Part shown: positions 1 through 13,499 of the stretch, piece by piece | Numbering within the stretch: position 1 is the first letter of the stretch | Layout: the number at the start of each line of letters is the position of its first letter | Assembly: GCA_965153355.1 (NCBI GenBank) | Contig: OZ231126.1 | Coordinates: forward strand, 16,244,001-16,308,000 | DNA length: 64,000 bases | Direction of reading: 5' to 3' | Origin: Flaccisagitta enflata | Lineage: Eukaryota | Program-made: the position numbers and the translations under genes | The notes under the pieces: generated by a model | What the model was told of the DNA's origin: nothing | The model's database searches: none | The model's input: only the letters and a program-made list of their open reading frames with translations

Positions 1-970
1 TTGCTGTTGTTGCCTGTTGTTGATCGTGTTGTTGTTGTTGTTGAGCGCCGGCTGCAGGATCTTGTTGACAAAATTGTTGAGCTGCTGTAACTGCCGCTGC
101 TGCAACAGCTCTTGTTGCCGCCGCTGAGCCGTCGCTTGCTGCTGCTCCTGTGGTCGGTGGAGTTGACGCTGCTGTTGGAGCCGCTGCCGCACCCGCAACT
201 GATGCTGCTGCTGTTGCTTCTGCTGCCGCCGCTGCTCCTCCTCCCGTTGTTTCTGCTGCATATCGCCAATCAGCCGACGGCTTTGTCGCATTGCCTCCTC
301 CAACTGCCTGCCCCATCTGTCTCTCACAGCACTCCTGTTGATTGCTGCCGCTCGCTTCCTGCTAATCCGTTGATGATCCCACGGTTTCTTGTGAGCTGCC
401 AAGGTCGTCGAGATCCGCAAGCATCTCGTCAGCTTGCTCCATCGGAGACGCACGCTGCAGGTTCACTTTCTGAGACCAAATTCTGATGCCCATTGATTGA
501 CGGTATCTCCTTCTTTGGATCAGCGGCAGATTTAAAAATTGGCCGCCAGTTGGAGATTGTTATGCGCACTGGCGTCGCGACCGGAAGTGGTAGATACTCG
601 GATCTGTCGGGGTTCGGCGAAGACGTTCGCATCCCGGGAGTTCGAGCGCCGGTAACATTGTCACGGGTGGCGTGGGTGTCAGTTGGGAGACTGTTCCATG
701 AGAATTCGTTGACGGGTCTTTTGCGATTCCCAATGTCATTATGCACTGCGTTCACGATGTCGGCGTTGGAAGGAAAACCCTCTGGATAGTTTTTACGATC
801 AAAGAAACGCATGGAAACCCACTCGCGCCGGATTCGACGCAAAGAAGACGCCGCGACTCGAAGAGGGTCGCCGGGCATCGAGTCGAGCGCCATTTGTCTT
901 GCATACGATATAAAGTCGTAGACCATGTCCCGAAGGCCGTGTCGAGCGCCATCCGATTCACAGGCGGCGT
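1..970 (-). mobile_element. Internal (5' gag-region) segment of an outer, reverse-oriented BEL/Pao element
   Basis: Reverse complement matches the inner element from 2101 onward (961-970 caggcggcgt = rc of 2101-2110 acgccgcctg). ORF 429..926(-) MVYDFISYARQMALDSMPGD matches ORF 1908..2249(+). Confidence 0.8.
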
Positions 971-1857
971 TGTTAGAAATGTATGTCCGTCCGTTTCAGG
1001 GCATGTAAGTGTCTCTTTTGTAGTGTTTTTATTTTTTCTTCTCTACTATTCAATGCCCGTCTTTTTGTTTCTTTTGCCATTTTTTATATTGAACGCTAGA
1101 TGGTAAACTATATGGTTGCGCCTTGATTTTGTGCCATTTGTTTTTACTACGTAGGCAAATATACGTAACTCGTCCTTCGTATCATCCAATTTTTGATTGA
1201 TTGATTTTATTTATTTACGGCATTGCTTCCTAAAGTGATTGATTGATTTTTCGTGATCGATTGAATGCGCCTTGGGAATTTGCTAATTTCATTAATCTCT
1301 CATCTTTTTATTGCAGATAACTTATGAACGGACAATAATCTAGTTTGACTTCGATAGACTGTGGTTGAAACCAACGAAAGTGGGCCTAAAAGTAGTTTTA
1401 TAGATACATTGCTTTTATTAACGTTTTGTTTTTATCTTGTTTCCGGTCTGTTATTTTGTCTTTTGCCTTTGCATTTTTATTAATGCCGGATTTTAGCATG
1501 GTTTTTACCGCTTGCCCGATCAGCTTGCTATAGGGATGATATGGATGAATCTAATGGGATGGGCTGGGGCAGGGGCAGGTATTATCAGGTGGCATGGGCT
1601 CTTAAAGAAGATGAACATGTTGTCATAAAAAAGGTTTCTGTCCTTTTATTGTGTCCTATCTCGATTTCATGTTATCTTTTGCGTTTGCTGATCACAATTA
1701 ACGCCCACTTTCCCTTTCATTTTTCCCTCTCTTCAGTTGTTGAAATTTTATGGAATAAACGAGACGATCGCCTTCCTATTTCCGCCAACTTTCTTTTCAC
1801 CACAAGTCAGTCGATAGACGCCATAGACAGTGCCAAGAAAATCAGGCGTAATTTATA
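971..1857 (+). repeat. 5' LTR of inner BEL/Pao element
   Basis: Collinear with 8538-9421 along its length and starts TGT. The 3' end is approximate (ggcgtaatttata). Confidence 0.8.
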
Positions 1858-1907
1858 TTTCAAATACGAAAAACGACTGACTTTTACATCTTGACCAACG
1901 AATAATA

Positions 1908-4900
1908 ATGATGTCGCTACACCCATTTACACCGCCCCGACTGCTTCAACGCCATCTCGTATCCCACTTCGGGTTGAACTGCGTCCGAGGTCGATCGCTT
2001 ATGCCGCACGAGAAACTACATCACCGCGAAATGGAAGGATGCCGGGCGCTTTTCGACGCTCGTCGCCACTTCAGACCAAGGGGATTTAATGACTTCGACG
2101 ACGCCGCCTGTGAATCAGATGGCGCTCGACACGGCCTTCGGGATATGGTGTACGACTTTATATCATACTCAAGGCAGATGGCGCTCGACTCGATGCCCGG
2201 CGACCTTCTTCGACTCAAGGCGTCCACTCTGCGTCGAATCCGGCGCTAATGGAACTCTGCGCGTTTCTTCGATCGTGAAAACTATCCAGAGAGCTTCTTC
2301 CAACGCCCTCGACATCGTCAACGCAGTGAATAACGACATCGGGAATCGAAAAAGACCCGTCAATGAATTCTCATGGAACAGTCTCCCAACTGACACCACG
2401 CCCAGACAATGTGTTAATGGCGCTCCAACCTAAGGATGCGAACGTTGCCGCTAAACCCCGACGGATCTCGAGTACTTACACTTCCGGCCCTCGACATGGT
2501 GCGCACCCCAACTGGCGGTCAATTTGCACCTGCCGCTGATCCAGGTGGAGGAGATGCCGCCAATCAGTGGGTCTCAGATTTGGTCTCGGAATCGTGAATT
2601 TGCGCGTGGCGCCTCCGGGACGGAGCAAGCTGACGACATGCTTGCTGATCTCGACGACACCGATGCTCTTGCAAGAGGTCATGGGATCAACAACGGATTG
2701 ACGCCGCAGGAGAGGGCGAGGCGACGCTTTATCAATAGGAGTGGAGGAGAGACAGATGGGGACAGCTGGAGGAGGAATACATAAGGCCGCCGGCTAATAG
2801 ACGATATGGCAGCAGCAAAACAACGGGAGGAGGAGCAGCGACAGCAACAGAAGCAACAGCAGCAGCATCACCTGTAGATGCAGCAGCAACAACTCCAACA
2901 GCAACGCCAAATCCACCGACCACAGGAGCAGCAGCAAACGATGGCTCAACGGCAGCAGCAAGAGCTGTTGCAGCAGCAGCAGTTGCAACTCCAACACTTC
3001 ACAACAAGATCAACATCAGATCTCAGCCGGTGCCACAACATGTGGCCTAAAGTCAACAGCAACAAGACGACAACAGCAGCAGCAATAGCAGCAGCAACAA
3101 CAGCAACACCCAAGCAACAACAAGCGACAGCAACAACAGCAATAACAACAAGAGCTGCAAATAACGCCAACCGGCAACGCAGCCGCAAGAACAACAACAA
3201 CAGCGGCAAAATGATGCAGGAGAACGTATGCAACAGCACCTGCAGCAACAACAGCAACCTTCCGCCGCAATCCCAGCGGTGGTAGTGGATCCTCCAGCGT
3301 CAAATGATCATCCTGTCGAAAGCATGAATGTTAGTGAGGAGACAGAAGAAGCGAGACAGCAACGCCTTGCAGAACAGCGACTGCGCATGATGGCTGAAGG
3401 TGAAGGTGGTGGTGCAGCAACAGCCCCAAAGGTGCCGATCGCGGTGCCATTGGGATTCCAACATCGGAGCTCATCACAAGAAGACAAAGAGTTATACGAC
3501 AGAATGTGTAACTTTCGCCAGCAGCAGCAGCGAGATGAAGATAGAAGGGCAGGTGTGTTCAATAATGCGGCAGAGATGCAACGAAGACATTGGAATAGCC
3601 TGAACGACGGCGGCATTGGTGGAGCTTTAGAGCAGCGAGATGAGAAGCTTAGACAACTGTCTGAGCTGGATAAGCAGCAGCCGCATCATCCGTCAAAGGA
3701 CCGTCGATCTATTTTCAATTTGAACTTACAGCAACGTCATGTGCAGCCAGTGGAAACATCCGCTAAGCAGCCGATGCAGCAGCAGCAACATGGGGAGCAG
3801 CAGCAGCAGCAAGGACAGCGACAGCATCAACTGCAGCAGCAGAATGAGCAGCAACAGTATCCTGACCAGCAGCAGCAGCTTCAACATCAACAGTGGCAGC
3901 AGCAACGGTTTCAACAACAGCAACAGCATCAGTATCAGCATCATCAAACTCCAGCAGCAACGATTCTCCCTACCGCACCGGAAGTGATCCTTCGAGAAGC
4001 AGATTGGTTCTGCTAGAAGGGGAGAAATGGCTCCTCCCCGTCAAGAGAAAAAGGTCTTCAACACAGCCGGAAGCGGAGGTGATGTAACTGAGGCGATGCG
4101 CAGGAGGCAGAGGCAGGAGGCTGCTGACGCGAAGTTGGCACAGCAGCTGCAAGATAAAGAGAGAAGAAAAGTCGCTCCTAAGAAGACAACGAGTGGATTG
4201 CAGCCAAAGGCGCCAAGTAGCGCAAGCGCCTCCAGCAACGCCTCAAGCGGAAGTCATCCAGCAGAATCAACGTTTGCAGCAAGAAGTGGATAGTTTGAAG
4301 ATGCAGATTCAGCAGAGAGACTTTGACTTTGCCGCAGCGAGAGCAGAAGAAAAACAACGTAAAGAAGAACAACAGCGACAGTACGTCCGCCAAGATTTTG
4401 ATGCTCCCATATCCATCAAGATGATCATTACAACAAAAAATGAATCAGCAAGAAGAAGTTGGGTGGAGTGTAAAAACCACCAAAAAGAGATCTCCGGTAA
4501 AAGTCGGGGGTCAATACGCCTTTGCCCAACAACCCCCAAAGGATCATCAGGTGGAGCGTCATCTGGCAGCTCGCCAACCGGAAGTCCACGCTCAGATGCC
4601 CAATAATCCGGCTCTGGATATGTTCTTGGAGAGGGCGGCGTACAACGATTATATGCGAGCAAGGGAGGTCGGCCTCAAAGCATTGGAGAGAGCAAGACCG
4701 GAGAAGCCTCTGCAGGAGCTTTCATCCACCGATTTCATGGTGTGGCTGAAGAGGAAGTTCAAAGATGCGAAAGTATGGAAGGCTTGACGCAAATGGACAT
4801 TTTATTGGAATTGCCTAAGTGGTTTGTTGGTCCGGCAAAGGAGATCATTGAAACTGCGATTATTGATGCAACTGAAGTGACAGCAAGAGAGGAGATTGAC

Positions 4901-7470
4901 GACGCCTTCGCAAAAATGGACGTCGTCTTTATGGCAAGACGCTGCAACATTGCGGCGCTGTTCAACGAAATCGTCGCGGAGGCGAAGATCCAGTCGGCCG
5001 ACCATGCAAGGTATTTCAATTTGTCTGCAAGGTTGCAAAAGGCAAAGAAGATTGCGAGGACTTCAGGAGAGGTGCAGCACTACTATCGTGACGAGCTGCT
5101 GCAGGAGATTCTCAATAAGAGGGTCCCTCATCTTGCAGATAAATTCTGGGAAAAGCAACATGAAGCAGCCCTAAACGGACAATTATTTTCATTCGACAAC
5201 TTGGTCAACATGATCGAGACATGGGCGGTGATTCAGCGCAACAAAGGCGCAAGCTGCAAACAGCATCAGTGGCAGCAGTCGCAACTACAGAAAAAGAAGC
5301 GCCATCATCATATGGGGATGCTTTGACCAATGGCAAGCAAAAGGTGTAGTCGACGGACCGCTGCAACGTCTGCAGTGGAATGCATCAACAGAAGAGTGTC
5401 ATCATTGTTAGAGTTGGAAGTGGACGCGAGAGGTTCAGAAGATCATGTCTCGCTGCCTGTGCCTCCACTGCTCGCGTCAGGACACAACGCCAATGATGTG
5501 CGAACAGACCAACTTGCCAGATCTGCAAGAAGCGGCATGCCACGATTCTCCACGGGCGTGACCTACAAGAAAGAAAACGAAGAGAAGAAAGGAGAGAATA
5601 AGCAGGGAAATAAAGTACCGCTGGCTCCCTTCAACAAGTCAGAGGATGCGGCTGCAGCAGCACCAACAGTTCACGACATGGAGACAGCCAATCCTACGAA
5701 GTGACTCTAACGCCACGCATGACTGGCGGCGACGGCAACGTCGCGGTCCGCTCTTCATTCGACGACGTTGTCCGTCCGATTATTCCAGTGACTATCATAA
5801 ACAATTCTTCGGGTGCGCAGAGGACGATTTACGCTATGATCGACGCAGGCGCTGATCATGACGTGATCAGTACTAATGTCATTCGCAGTCTTCTGATTCC
5901 AACAAAACAGTGCAAATGACGGGTGATTACCGTGGGAAGTCATGTTGTTGAGGATCGTTTCATCGCATCATTCACTATGCAATCGGTCGACGAGGAATAT
6001 GTCGTCGACGCCAACGACGCATTGGTGGGTGATTTGTTAACGAGTGAACGCGACATTCCTCCTTTTCTCCGCGACCTATCTGACGACCAACCTCACATCA
6101 AGGCATAAAATTTCAGAACGAAGGCGGTGTGATGATGATCATCGGAGCGGCACATGCGGATGCCGCCGTCGCTCAAGAAATCGCCGAGGGCCTTCAGGAT
6201 CTTTGACTTGTTTCAGATGTCTATTCGGTTGGACTGTATGTGGAAAAACGGGCAAGAGAGGACGAGATATTGCATCGATCGCGCTATCGCTGCGACGGAT
6301 GACCGTGTCCTCAACGACAACATCGATCGCATCCTCGACACGTCCTCAACAGCAACATTGACCGCATCTTCTACCATGACCTTGCATCATCAATCGTCTC
6401 GCAAGAGGAGATGGGTGATTCCCTTGAAAATGTCAGAGCATGCAAAATGTTAGAGGAAAAGACATATCTTTGTCCAATTGCAGCAGAGGATCTTCTTCCT
6501 AAACCGGAAGTGGCGCAAGACGTCTTGGAGGAGGCGTGCAAACAGCTCGTCAAGTCAATGTAGCGGCAACATTGTTCCGACGTTTTCGAACAATTGGAGT
6601 TGGGAAAAGCCTTTAAACCAAAAAGCCGTCGTGACTTCGTCATCAAGGGTGAGGATGTGCTAAAGTTGAACCCTTTCGTCGATGACGACGGCGTCCTTCG
6701 CGTCGGCAGCCGATTGGAGAATGCCGACATCACACGTGACGCTAAATTTCCCTTCATCCTTCGCTAAAGACGAGAATGTGAAATCATTAATTCGCCATTA
6801 TCATCATAATGATTTTCACGTGGGTGTAGAGCATACATTGTGCCAATTACGCCAATTTGTGGGGATTACAAAAGGTCTTCAGGCTGTCAAGAGCGTCGTC
6901 AACACGTGCTTCAGATGCCAGAAGAACTTGAAAAAGAACGCGAATCAGCGAATGGCCAAGCTTACGTCAAAGCGTCATCTTGCTTCCATCTCTATTGGCG
7001 CCATCCTCTACGTCAAGGCCTTCAACACTGCTGTCGACGAAGAAGAAGGAATTCTCACTCGCTGCCCTCTAACAGTGCTCAGCGGTGATCCAAATGATTC
7101 TGAGCCCTCACACCTAATCATATCCTCAATCCATCAACATCCGGTCACGCCCCTCTGGATCTGGCGCAAACAAGGCTGGGCTACAACTCTGACGCCACTC
7201 AGCGAAGATCTAATGGAGGGCGTATAATCAAGGGTGGATGTGTTTGGAAATGAGGGTCGAATATTTGGCGCTTCTTCACGCGCGAAGCAAATGGTCGAGA
7301 TCCGAGAGAGACTTTGCGGTCGATGACATGGTCGTCGTCATGGGCGAAACGCTGCCTCGTCACAATTGGAGTTTAGGACGCGTCATGGGTGTCGGAAGGT
7401 TCATCAGCTCATGTCCGGAGAGCTTATCCTCGACGCCAAGATGAAAAGATCGTGACGAAAGACCGCACAA
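1908..7470 (+). pseudogene. Frameshifted gag-pol: Q-rich N-terminus, gag with three Cys/His knuckles, aspartic protease, integrase HHCC and C-terminal remnants; RT/RNase H absent
   Basis: Knuckles CNVCSGMH / CLHC..SGH / CQICKKRHATILHG at ~5360-5555; protease YAMIDAGADHDVIS at ~5830; LNPFVDDDGVLRVGSRL at ~6665; HYHHNDFHVG...CFRCQK at 6795-6925; EYLALLHARSKW...LPRHNWSLGRV at ~7260-7385, typical of the BEL/Pao integrase C-terminus. Many frameshifts and stops. Confidence 0.8.
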
Positions 7471-8537
7471 GGCGTCTGCGGCTGGAATTGGATTCATAAA
7501 AAACGCTAAGTTTTGAGAGAGAGAGAAAAGGCGCATGGGCCTGTCCATTAGTAACTATAGATATGAGTGATTGAAACTTTGACTTGTTATATTTACAAAG
7601 AGTTGTTATTATTCATATTTGGTTCTGATTATCCATGCTTTCATCTTTCCTTTTGTCAATTATGTTATCCATTTCCACTTACACATCAAATCACTGATTC
7701 ATTCGCTCTGTCTATAAGTACATATTATTGTGCCAAAACTGCTTCTACTATTATCAGTTCGCGAGACCCAATATTTCAGTGCTTCCATGATAACTATCTC
7801 CATTCACGAAGCTGGCCCACATCTTGAAGTCGCCTCGCCGAGTCAAGATGTCACGCCAGCATCCGGCTCCTCCTGGGCGCCATGCGCCGCCGCGACGACA
7901 TCATTTATCGCCGCCCACGGATTGACGCAGGTGCTGGAGCCGAATGACCCGGCCGCTCGTAATGGAGAAGGCGAGGTTGTGGTCGTTCCATGATGTTTAC
8001 TAATTTTTCTTTTGCTTAACAGATTCGCTTTTATTATATAGTTAGTAATTTATTTAATTTTGTCTTGTTTTGTTTGGTTCCTGAACATAATTTTGTTGTG
8101 TTTGTTTTAGACATGGTCTTTTAGTCATTATTACCTAATACTTTCGTATGACATGTTTTAGTAGTATGCCCCTACTCATTATTTTCCACTCTCAAGTCAA
8201 ATCCCAGGCTCGGAGTGCTCCAAGGCCTGCTCTCTTCCCCTTCCCTTAACTTTTACAGAACGGGTGCCTCAACCTCCTCGTCGCCGCCTCGTCTCCATCC
8301 GCTTCGTCGTTGATCGTTGAAAATTTGCTGGTGGAGGATCCTTTCCGGACGGGAATCATCATTCGTGCAGTCACGGTCTGTTGATAGTTAGGGTGGGGAT
8401 GTAAGAGGCGGGACGGGGAGGGGCGGCTATCTATGTGGGGGCCTTAGAATGAAGGTAGTATCGGTTTTTTAGTAGGGTTTCCTATCAAACTTTGATGTCG
8501 GATTTTTGAAATTCAGAAATTCCAAAATGGGGCAGAA

Positions 8538-9421
8538 TGTTAGAAATGTATGTCCGTCTGTCTTTGGTATGTGCTTTGTCTTTGCGTGCTTTTGGCTTTT
8601 TCTCTTTTCTACCATTCAATGCCCGCGTCTTTTGTTTCTTGCCATTTTTTATATTGAACGCTAGATGGGTAACCATATGGTTGCGCCTGATATTTTGTGC
8701 CATTTGTTTTTACTACGTAGGCAAACATACGTAACTCGTCTTCAGATCATCCAATTTTTGGATTGATTGATTTTATTTATTTACGGCATTGCTTCCTAAA
8801 GTGATTGATTGATTTTTCGTGATCGATTGAATGCGCCTTGGAATTCACTACTCTCAATAATCTCTCATCTTTTTTATTGCAGATAAACTAATGAACGGAC
8901 AATTAACTGGGTTTGACTTCTCGACAGACTGTGGTTGAAACCAACGAAAGTGGGCCTAAAAGTAAGTTTTATAGACGCATTATTGTTGCACGTTTTGTTT
9001 TTATCTTGTTTCCGGTCTGTTATTTTGGTCTTTTGCCCTTTGGCATTTTTAAGGCCGGATTTTAGCATGGTTTTTACCGCTTGCCCGATCAGCTTGCTAT
9101 AGGGATGATATGGATGAATTTAATGGGATGGGCCGGGGCAGGGGCAGGTATTATCAGGTGGCATGGGCTCTGAAGAAGATGAACATGTTGTCATGTGCTG
9201 TTTTCTGTCCTTTATTGTGTCCTATCTCGATTTTGCGTTTGCTGATCACAATTACCTCACTTTCCTTTCATTTTTCCCTCTTCAGTTGTTGAAATTTATG
9301 AATAAACGAGATGATTTGCTTCCTATTTTCCTCCAATCACAACTTTCTTTCGTACTAAAAGTCGTCAGTCAGATAGACGCTCATAGACAGTGCCAGCTGA
9401 AACTCGTGGGCGTAATTTATA
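8538..9421 (+). repeat. 3' LTR of inner BEL/Pao element (PPT at ~8524-8537)
   Basis: Direct repeat of 971-1857, preceded by aaaatggggcagaa. Confidence 0.8.
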
Positions 9422-10576
9422 GGCGCTGCCGAAGCCGCGTTTCGCTCTTCGTGCAGTGAGAACGCGCGCCGGTAAAAGGCGCCGGCATCCTTCCATTTCC
9501 GCAGTGGCGTCGTTTCGGTTGCGCGCAAACGACCCGACTTCGACATCGATTCAAAAAGTGAGATACATGAGATGACGTTGAAGCAGTCGTGAGACGGTGT
9601 CATGTTACGCGCTGCTATTGTCCAATTTTCGCTGAGGTCGAAGATGAAAAGAATCGAGTCAGCTTTTAAATTGCTGAAATACATACGCCCACGAGTTTCA
9701 ACTGCACTGTCTATGAGCGCTTCATCTGACTGACGACTTGTGTGAAAGAAAGTTATTTATTGAAAATATGAAGAAGCATCGCTTATTCCATAAAAATTTC
9801 AACAACTGAAGAGAGGTGGGGAAAATGAAAGGGAAAGTGGGCGTGACCAGATCAGCAAACGCAAAGATAACATGAAATCGAGATAGGACACAATAAAGGG
9901 ACAGAAAACAGCATATACAACATGTTCATCTTCTTCAGAGCCCATGCCACCTGGTAATACCTGCCCCTGCCCTGCCCATCCCATTAAATTCATCCATATC
10001 ATCCCTATAGCAAGCTGATCGGGCAAGCGATAAAAACCATACTAAAATCCGGCGATAAAAATGCAAAGGCAAAAGACAAAATAACAGACCGAGGACAAAA
10101 TAAAAAACAACGATAATAAAAGCAAACACGCGTCTATAAAACTTACTTTTAGGCCCACTTTCGTTGGTTTCAACCCACAGTCTGTCGAAGTCAAATTAAC
10201 GTTAATTGTCCGTTCATTAGTTTATCTGCAATAAAAAGATGAGAGATTATTGAAATTAGTGAATTCCAAGGGCGCATTCAAACGATCACGAAATCAATCA
10301 ATCACTTTAAGAAGCAATGCCGCAAATAAATAAAATCAATCAATCCAAAAATTGGATGATACGAAAGACGAGATACGTAAGTTCGCCTACGTAATAAAAA
10401 CAAATGGCACAAAATACAAGGCGCAACCATATGGTTACCCATCTAGCGTTCAATATAAAAAATGGCGAGAAACAAAAGACGCGGCATTGAATAATCGAAG
10501 AAGAGAAAAAGCCAAAAGCACGCAAAAGAGACAAAAGCACACATACCTAAGGACGGACGGACATACATTTCTAACA
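9422..10576 (-). mobile_element. 5' LTR plus leader of the outer BEL/Pao copy
   Basis: Ends acatttctaaca (rc TGTTAGAAATGT). The rc of 9422-9700 resembles inner 1860-2105 (gactgcttcaacg, gaaatggaaggatgccgg). Confidence 0.8.
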
Positions 10577-10589
10577 CCAGCCGACTGTG

Positions 10590-10853
10590 GCTCAAATTTG
10601 CCCTCAAAACCTCAAATCTGCTCTCCAAGCCTTAATTCTGCCCTCCAGCCTTCAAATATACCTTCAGTGGCCTTAATTAGTCATTGAAGGCCTGAAATAT
10701 GCCCCCTCAGGACGTCTGGAAATTCCCCCCTGTGTTCTACAGGACATCGGCCCTTTGGGGCCGCTGCCCTGCTCTCACTCCACTTCATCACTGAATCACT
10801 CCCAGCAGGGCATCGGGTACCGCTGACCATGTGCGATCCTTGGATGACTAGTT
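10590..10853 (+). mobile_element. 3' half of a HINE-like family 2 element, cut by the outer LTR element
   Basis: cctcaaat-type repeats, then ggggccgctgccc and gggcatcgggtaccgctgacc, as in the full copy at 47346. Confidence 0.65.
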
Positions 10854-10859
10854 TCTTGT

Positions 10860-12335
10860 CTCTTCAAGTGACTTAATTTCTCCTCATTTCTTTTTATGTC
10901 TTTTCCTGTATCCTAATGTCTTTTTATGTCTGTTTATGTCTTTTCACCTCTCCTGACGTCTTTTCCTCTCTCTTCATGTTTATTCATGTCTCTTCATGTG
11001 TTTTTTTGTCTTTACATGTTTTTTCATGTCTTTTCATGTCTGCTCATGTGTTTTCATGTCTCCTGATGTCTTTTCATGTCTCCTCATGTCTTTTCATGTC
11101 TCCTTATTTCTCATCATGTCTCGTCATGTTTTTTCATATCTCTCCATATCTCTACATGTCTTTTCATGTCTCCTTACGCTTTTCATGTTTCCTCATTTCT
11201 CCTCATGTCTCCTCATGTCTTTGTGTTTTTTTCATGTGTCTTCATGTCTTTCCACGTCTCTTTATGTTGTCTCATGTCAATTCATGTCTCCTCATGTCTT
11301 TCCATGTCTTTTCATGTTTCCTGTCTTTTAATGTCTCTCTTTATGTCTCCTCATGTCTTTTCATTTCTTTTCATGTCTCCTCATGTCATTTCTTGTCTCT
11401 TTCTGTCTTTTCATATCTTTTCTTGTTTCTTCATGTCTCCACATGTCTCTTTATGTCTTTTCATTTCCATTTATGTCTTTTCATATCTTTTCTGTGTCTT
11501 TCCTGTCTTTCATATCTTTCCTGTCTTTTATGTCTTCATGTCTCTTCATGTCTTTTCATGTCTCTTCCTCTTTATTCATGTCTCTTCATGTCTCTTCTTG
11601 TCTGACATGGGAAGACATGAAAAGACATGAAAAGACATGAGGCAACATGAAGAAAGATGAAGAGACATGAGAAGACATGAAGAGACACAAAAAGGCATGA
11701 AGAGACATTAAGAGACAAAAAAAACCTGATGAGACTTTAGAAAACATGAAGAGACATGAAGAGACATGAATATACATGAAAATACATAAGAAGACAGGAA
11801 AGGACATGAAAAAAAATGAGGAGACATGAAGAGACATAAAAACATATAAAGAGACATAAGCACACATGAAAAGACATGAAAAGACATAAAAAGACACAGA
11901 GAGACATGAAAAGACATGAAGAGATATAGAGACATGAAGAGACATGAGGAGACATGAGGAGACATGAAGAGACATAAAAGGACATGGAGAGAAATGGGGA
12001 TACATATACAGAAAAAAAAGACATGAAAAGACAAGAGGGGCATGAAGAAAAATGAGGAGACATGAAGAGACATAAAGAGACATGAGGGGTCATGAGACAT
12101 GGAGAGACAATAGAAGACATGAAGAGACATGAAAAGACATGAAGAGGCATGAGGAGACATTTAAAGACATAAAGAGATATGAGGAGACATGAAGAGAGAT
12201 GAGAAGACATGAAAAGACACAAAAAGACATGAAGGGACATAAAAAGACATGAGGTGACGTGAAGAGACATGAGAAGACATGAAGAGACATAAAAGGAATG
12301 AAGAGACAAAGAAAAAAAAAACATGAAGAGACATG
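10860..12335. repeat. Fold-back ~10-bp minisatellite: (CATGTCTYTT)n then (AAGAGACATG)n
   Basis: Unit orientation flips at ~11600 (tcatgtctcttcttgtctgacatgggaagacatga); arms are ~730 bp each. Confidence 0.85.
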
Positions 12336-12592
12336 AAAAAACACTTTACTTTACTTTCATTACTTTTCTTTACTTTACATTTTACATGGAATAAAACTGT
12401 GATCCCCTTCTCTTACAATCTTATGTCTTCTGATGAAACGGTGCATGTAAAACTGCACACCCAAATGCACCTAGGCTATACACAGTCTTTGAATTTCCAA
12501 GATCAAAATGAATCTTTTTCTTTTACTCTCCCTCTCTCTTTCTTGTATTGGATTCCAAAGCCTGACCTTGCATGATGGCTGGGTAGATTCAG

Positions 12593-12595
<3 letters not shown>

Positions 12596-12672
<77 letters not shown>

Positions 12673-12688
12673 AAGTCTCACTCTCTCA

Positions 12689-12742
<54 letters not shown>
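12596..12742. repeat. (GA)n and (TC)n microsatellites in inverted arrangement
   Basis: Direct reading. Confidence 0.9.
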
Positions 12743-12745
<3 letters not shown>

Positions 12746-13499
12746 TATCGTTTAAGTTAAAACACGCTGGGTACCTGACCAGTGGTGGTGCCTTACTTGA
12801 TGGGTCAATCTGTCAAATCATTTCTGACAACCAACCCCTTACCAGCTCTTGCCTTAAATAAACCTTCCTTCTTAACTCATCCCTACCCCTTTGACTCACT
12901 CTTTCCCTGGGACTAAACCTTACCCTGAAATCAACCTTTAAACACTCAAAACCTAAGCTTGATTACTTATCAATGCCTGAACTGAAACTGAGAATTTGTT
13001 TTCATTGTTAACCCTTTGACATTTAAAACGAAATAAGGCCCTTTTTTTCCTATCCCCAAAGAAGCCTATTTTTTGGAACAGATTGTTGAAGAGGAAGGTC
13101 AGAAACATTCCTTTAGGATAAATGAGATTTTCAACAGACAGTGTCTTACTACCAGAACAAGACATGAAACAGAAAGATACTGGAGAACAGGACATCATCA
13201 AGAGTCAAGATTGATTAAAGAATACAAAAAATTCATATATGAAACATGGCTGACGATTTTGATCAGGAGAAGACTATATCTGCAATATGCAAATGATTTC
13301 ATGGTTTTCTAACGGTGTAGCCAATCTCCCTCTTGACCTGTTGTTTTACTATAACTTGCTTTCCAAAACCAAAAATGTTTGATCGTTTGATACACTTCAT
13401 CAAAAGATTCTGCCTACCGAGTTCTCTATCCGTTGACTAAAATTTTGGCTAAATCCAAATCAAGGCCATTTCTGTAAGAGGAGAACAAGATTTTTCCAC

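Larger units (their letters stand above)
971..9421 (+). mobile_element. BEL/Pao LTR retrotransposon, degenerate, internally deleted (non-autonomous)
   Basis: Two ~885-bp direct repeats starting TGTTAGAAAT (971, 8538); purine-rich tract aaaatggggcagaa just before the second; gag zinc knuckles, protease and integrase remnants between them; 5-bp flanks ggcgt/ggcgc. Confidence 0.85.

Noticed and set aside
8538-10576. Long-read fold-back artefact explanation for the inverted LTRs
   Set aside because: The reverse copy continues collinearly on the far side of the inner element with a near-TSD, which favours nesting; not fully excluded without reads.
10916-12344. Many 80-230 aa M/S/H/V/F/C-rich ORFs
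   Set aside because: Translations of the 10-bp minisatellite on both strands; no domain signal.
11726-12460. CTGATGA motifs as hammerhead ribozyme cores
   Set aside because: No stem II followed by GAAA, and no flanking helices.
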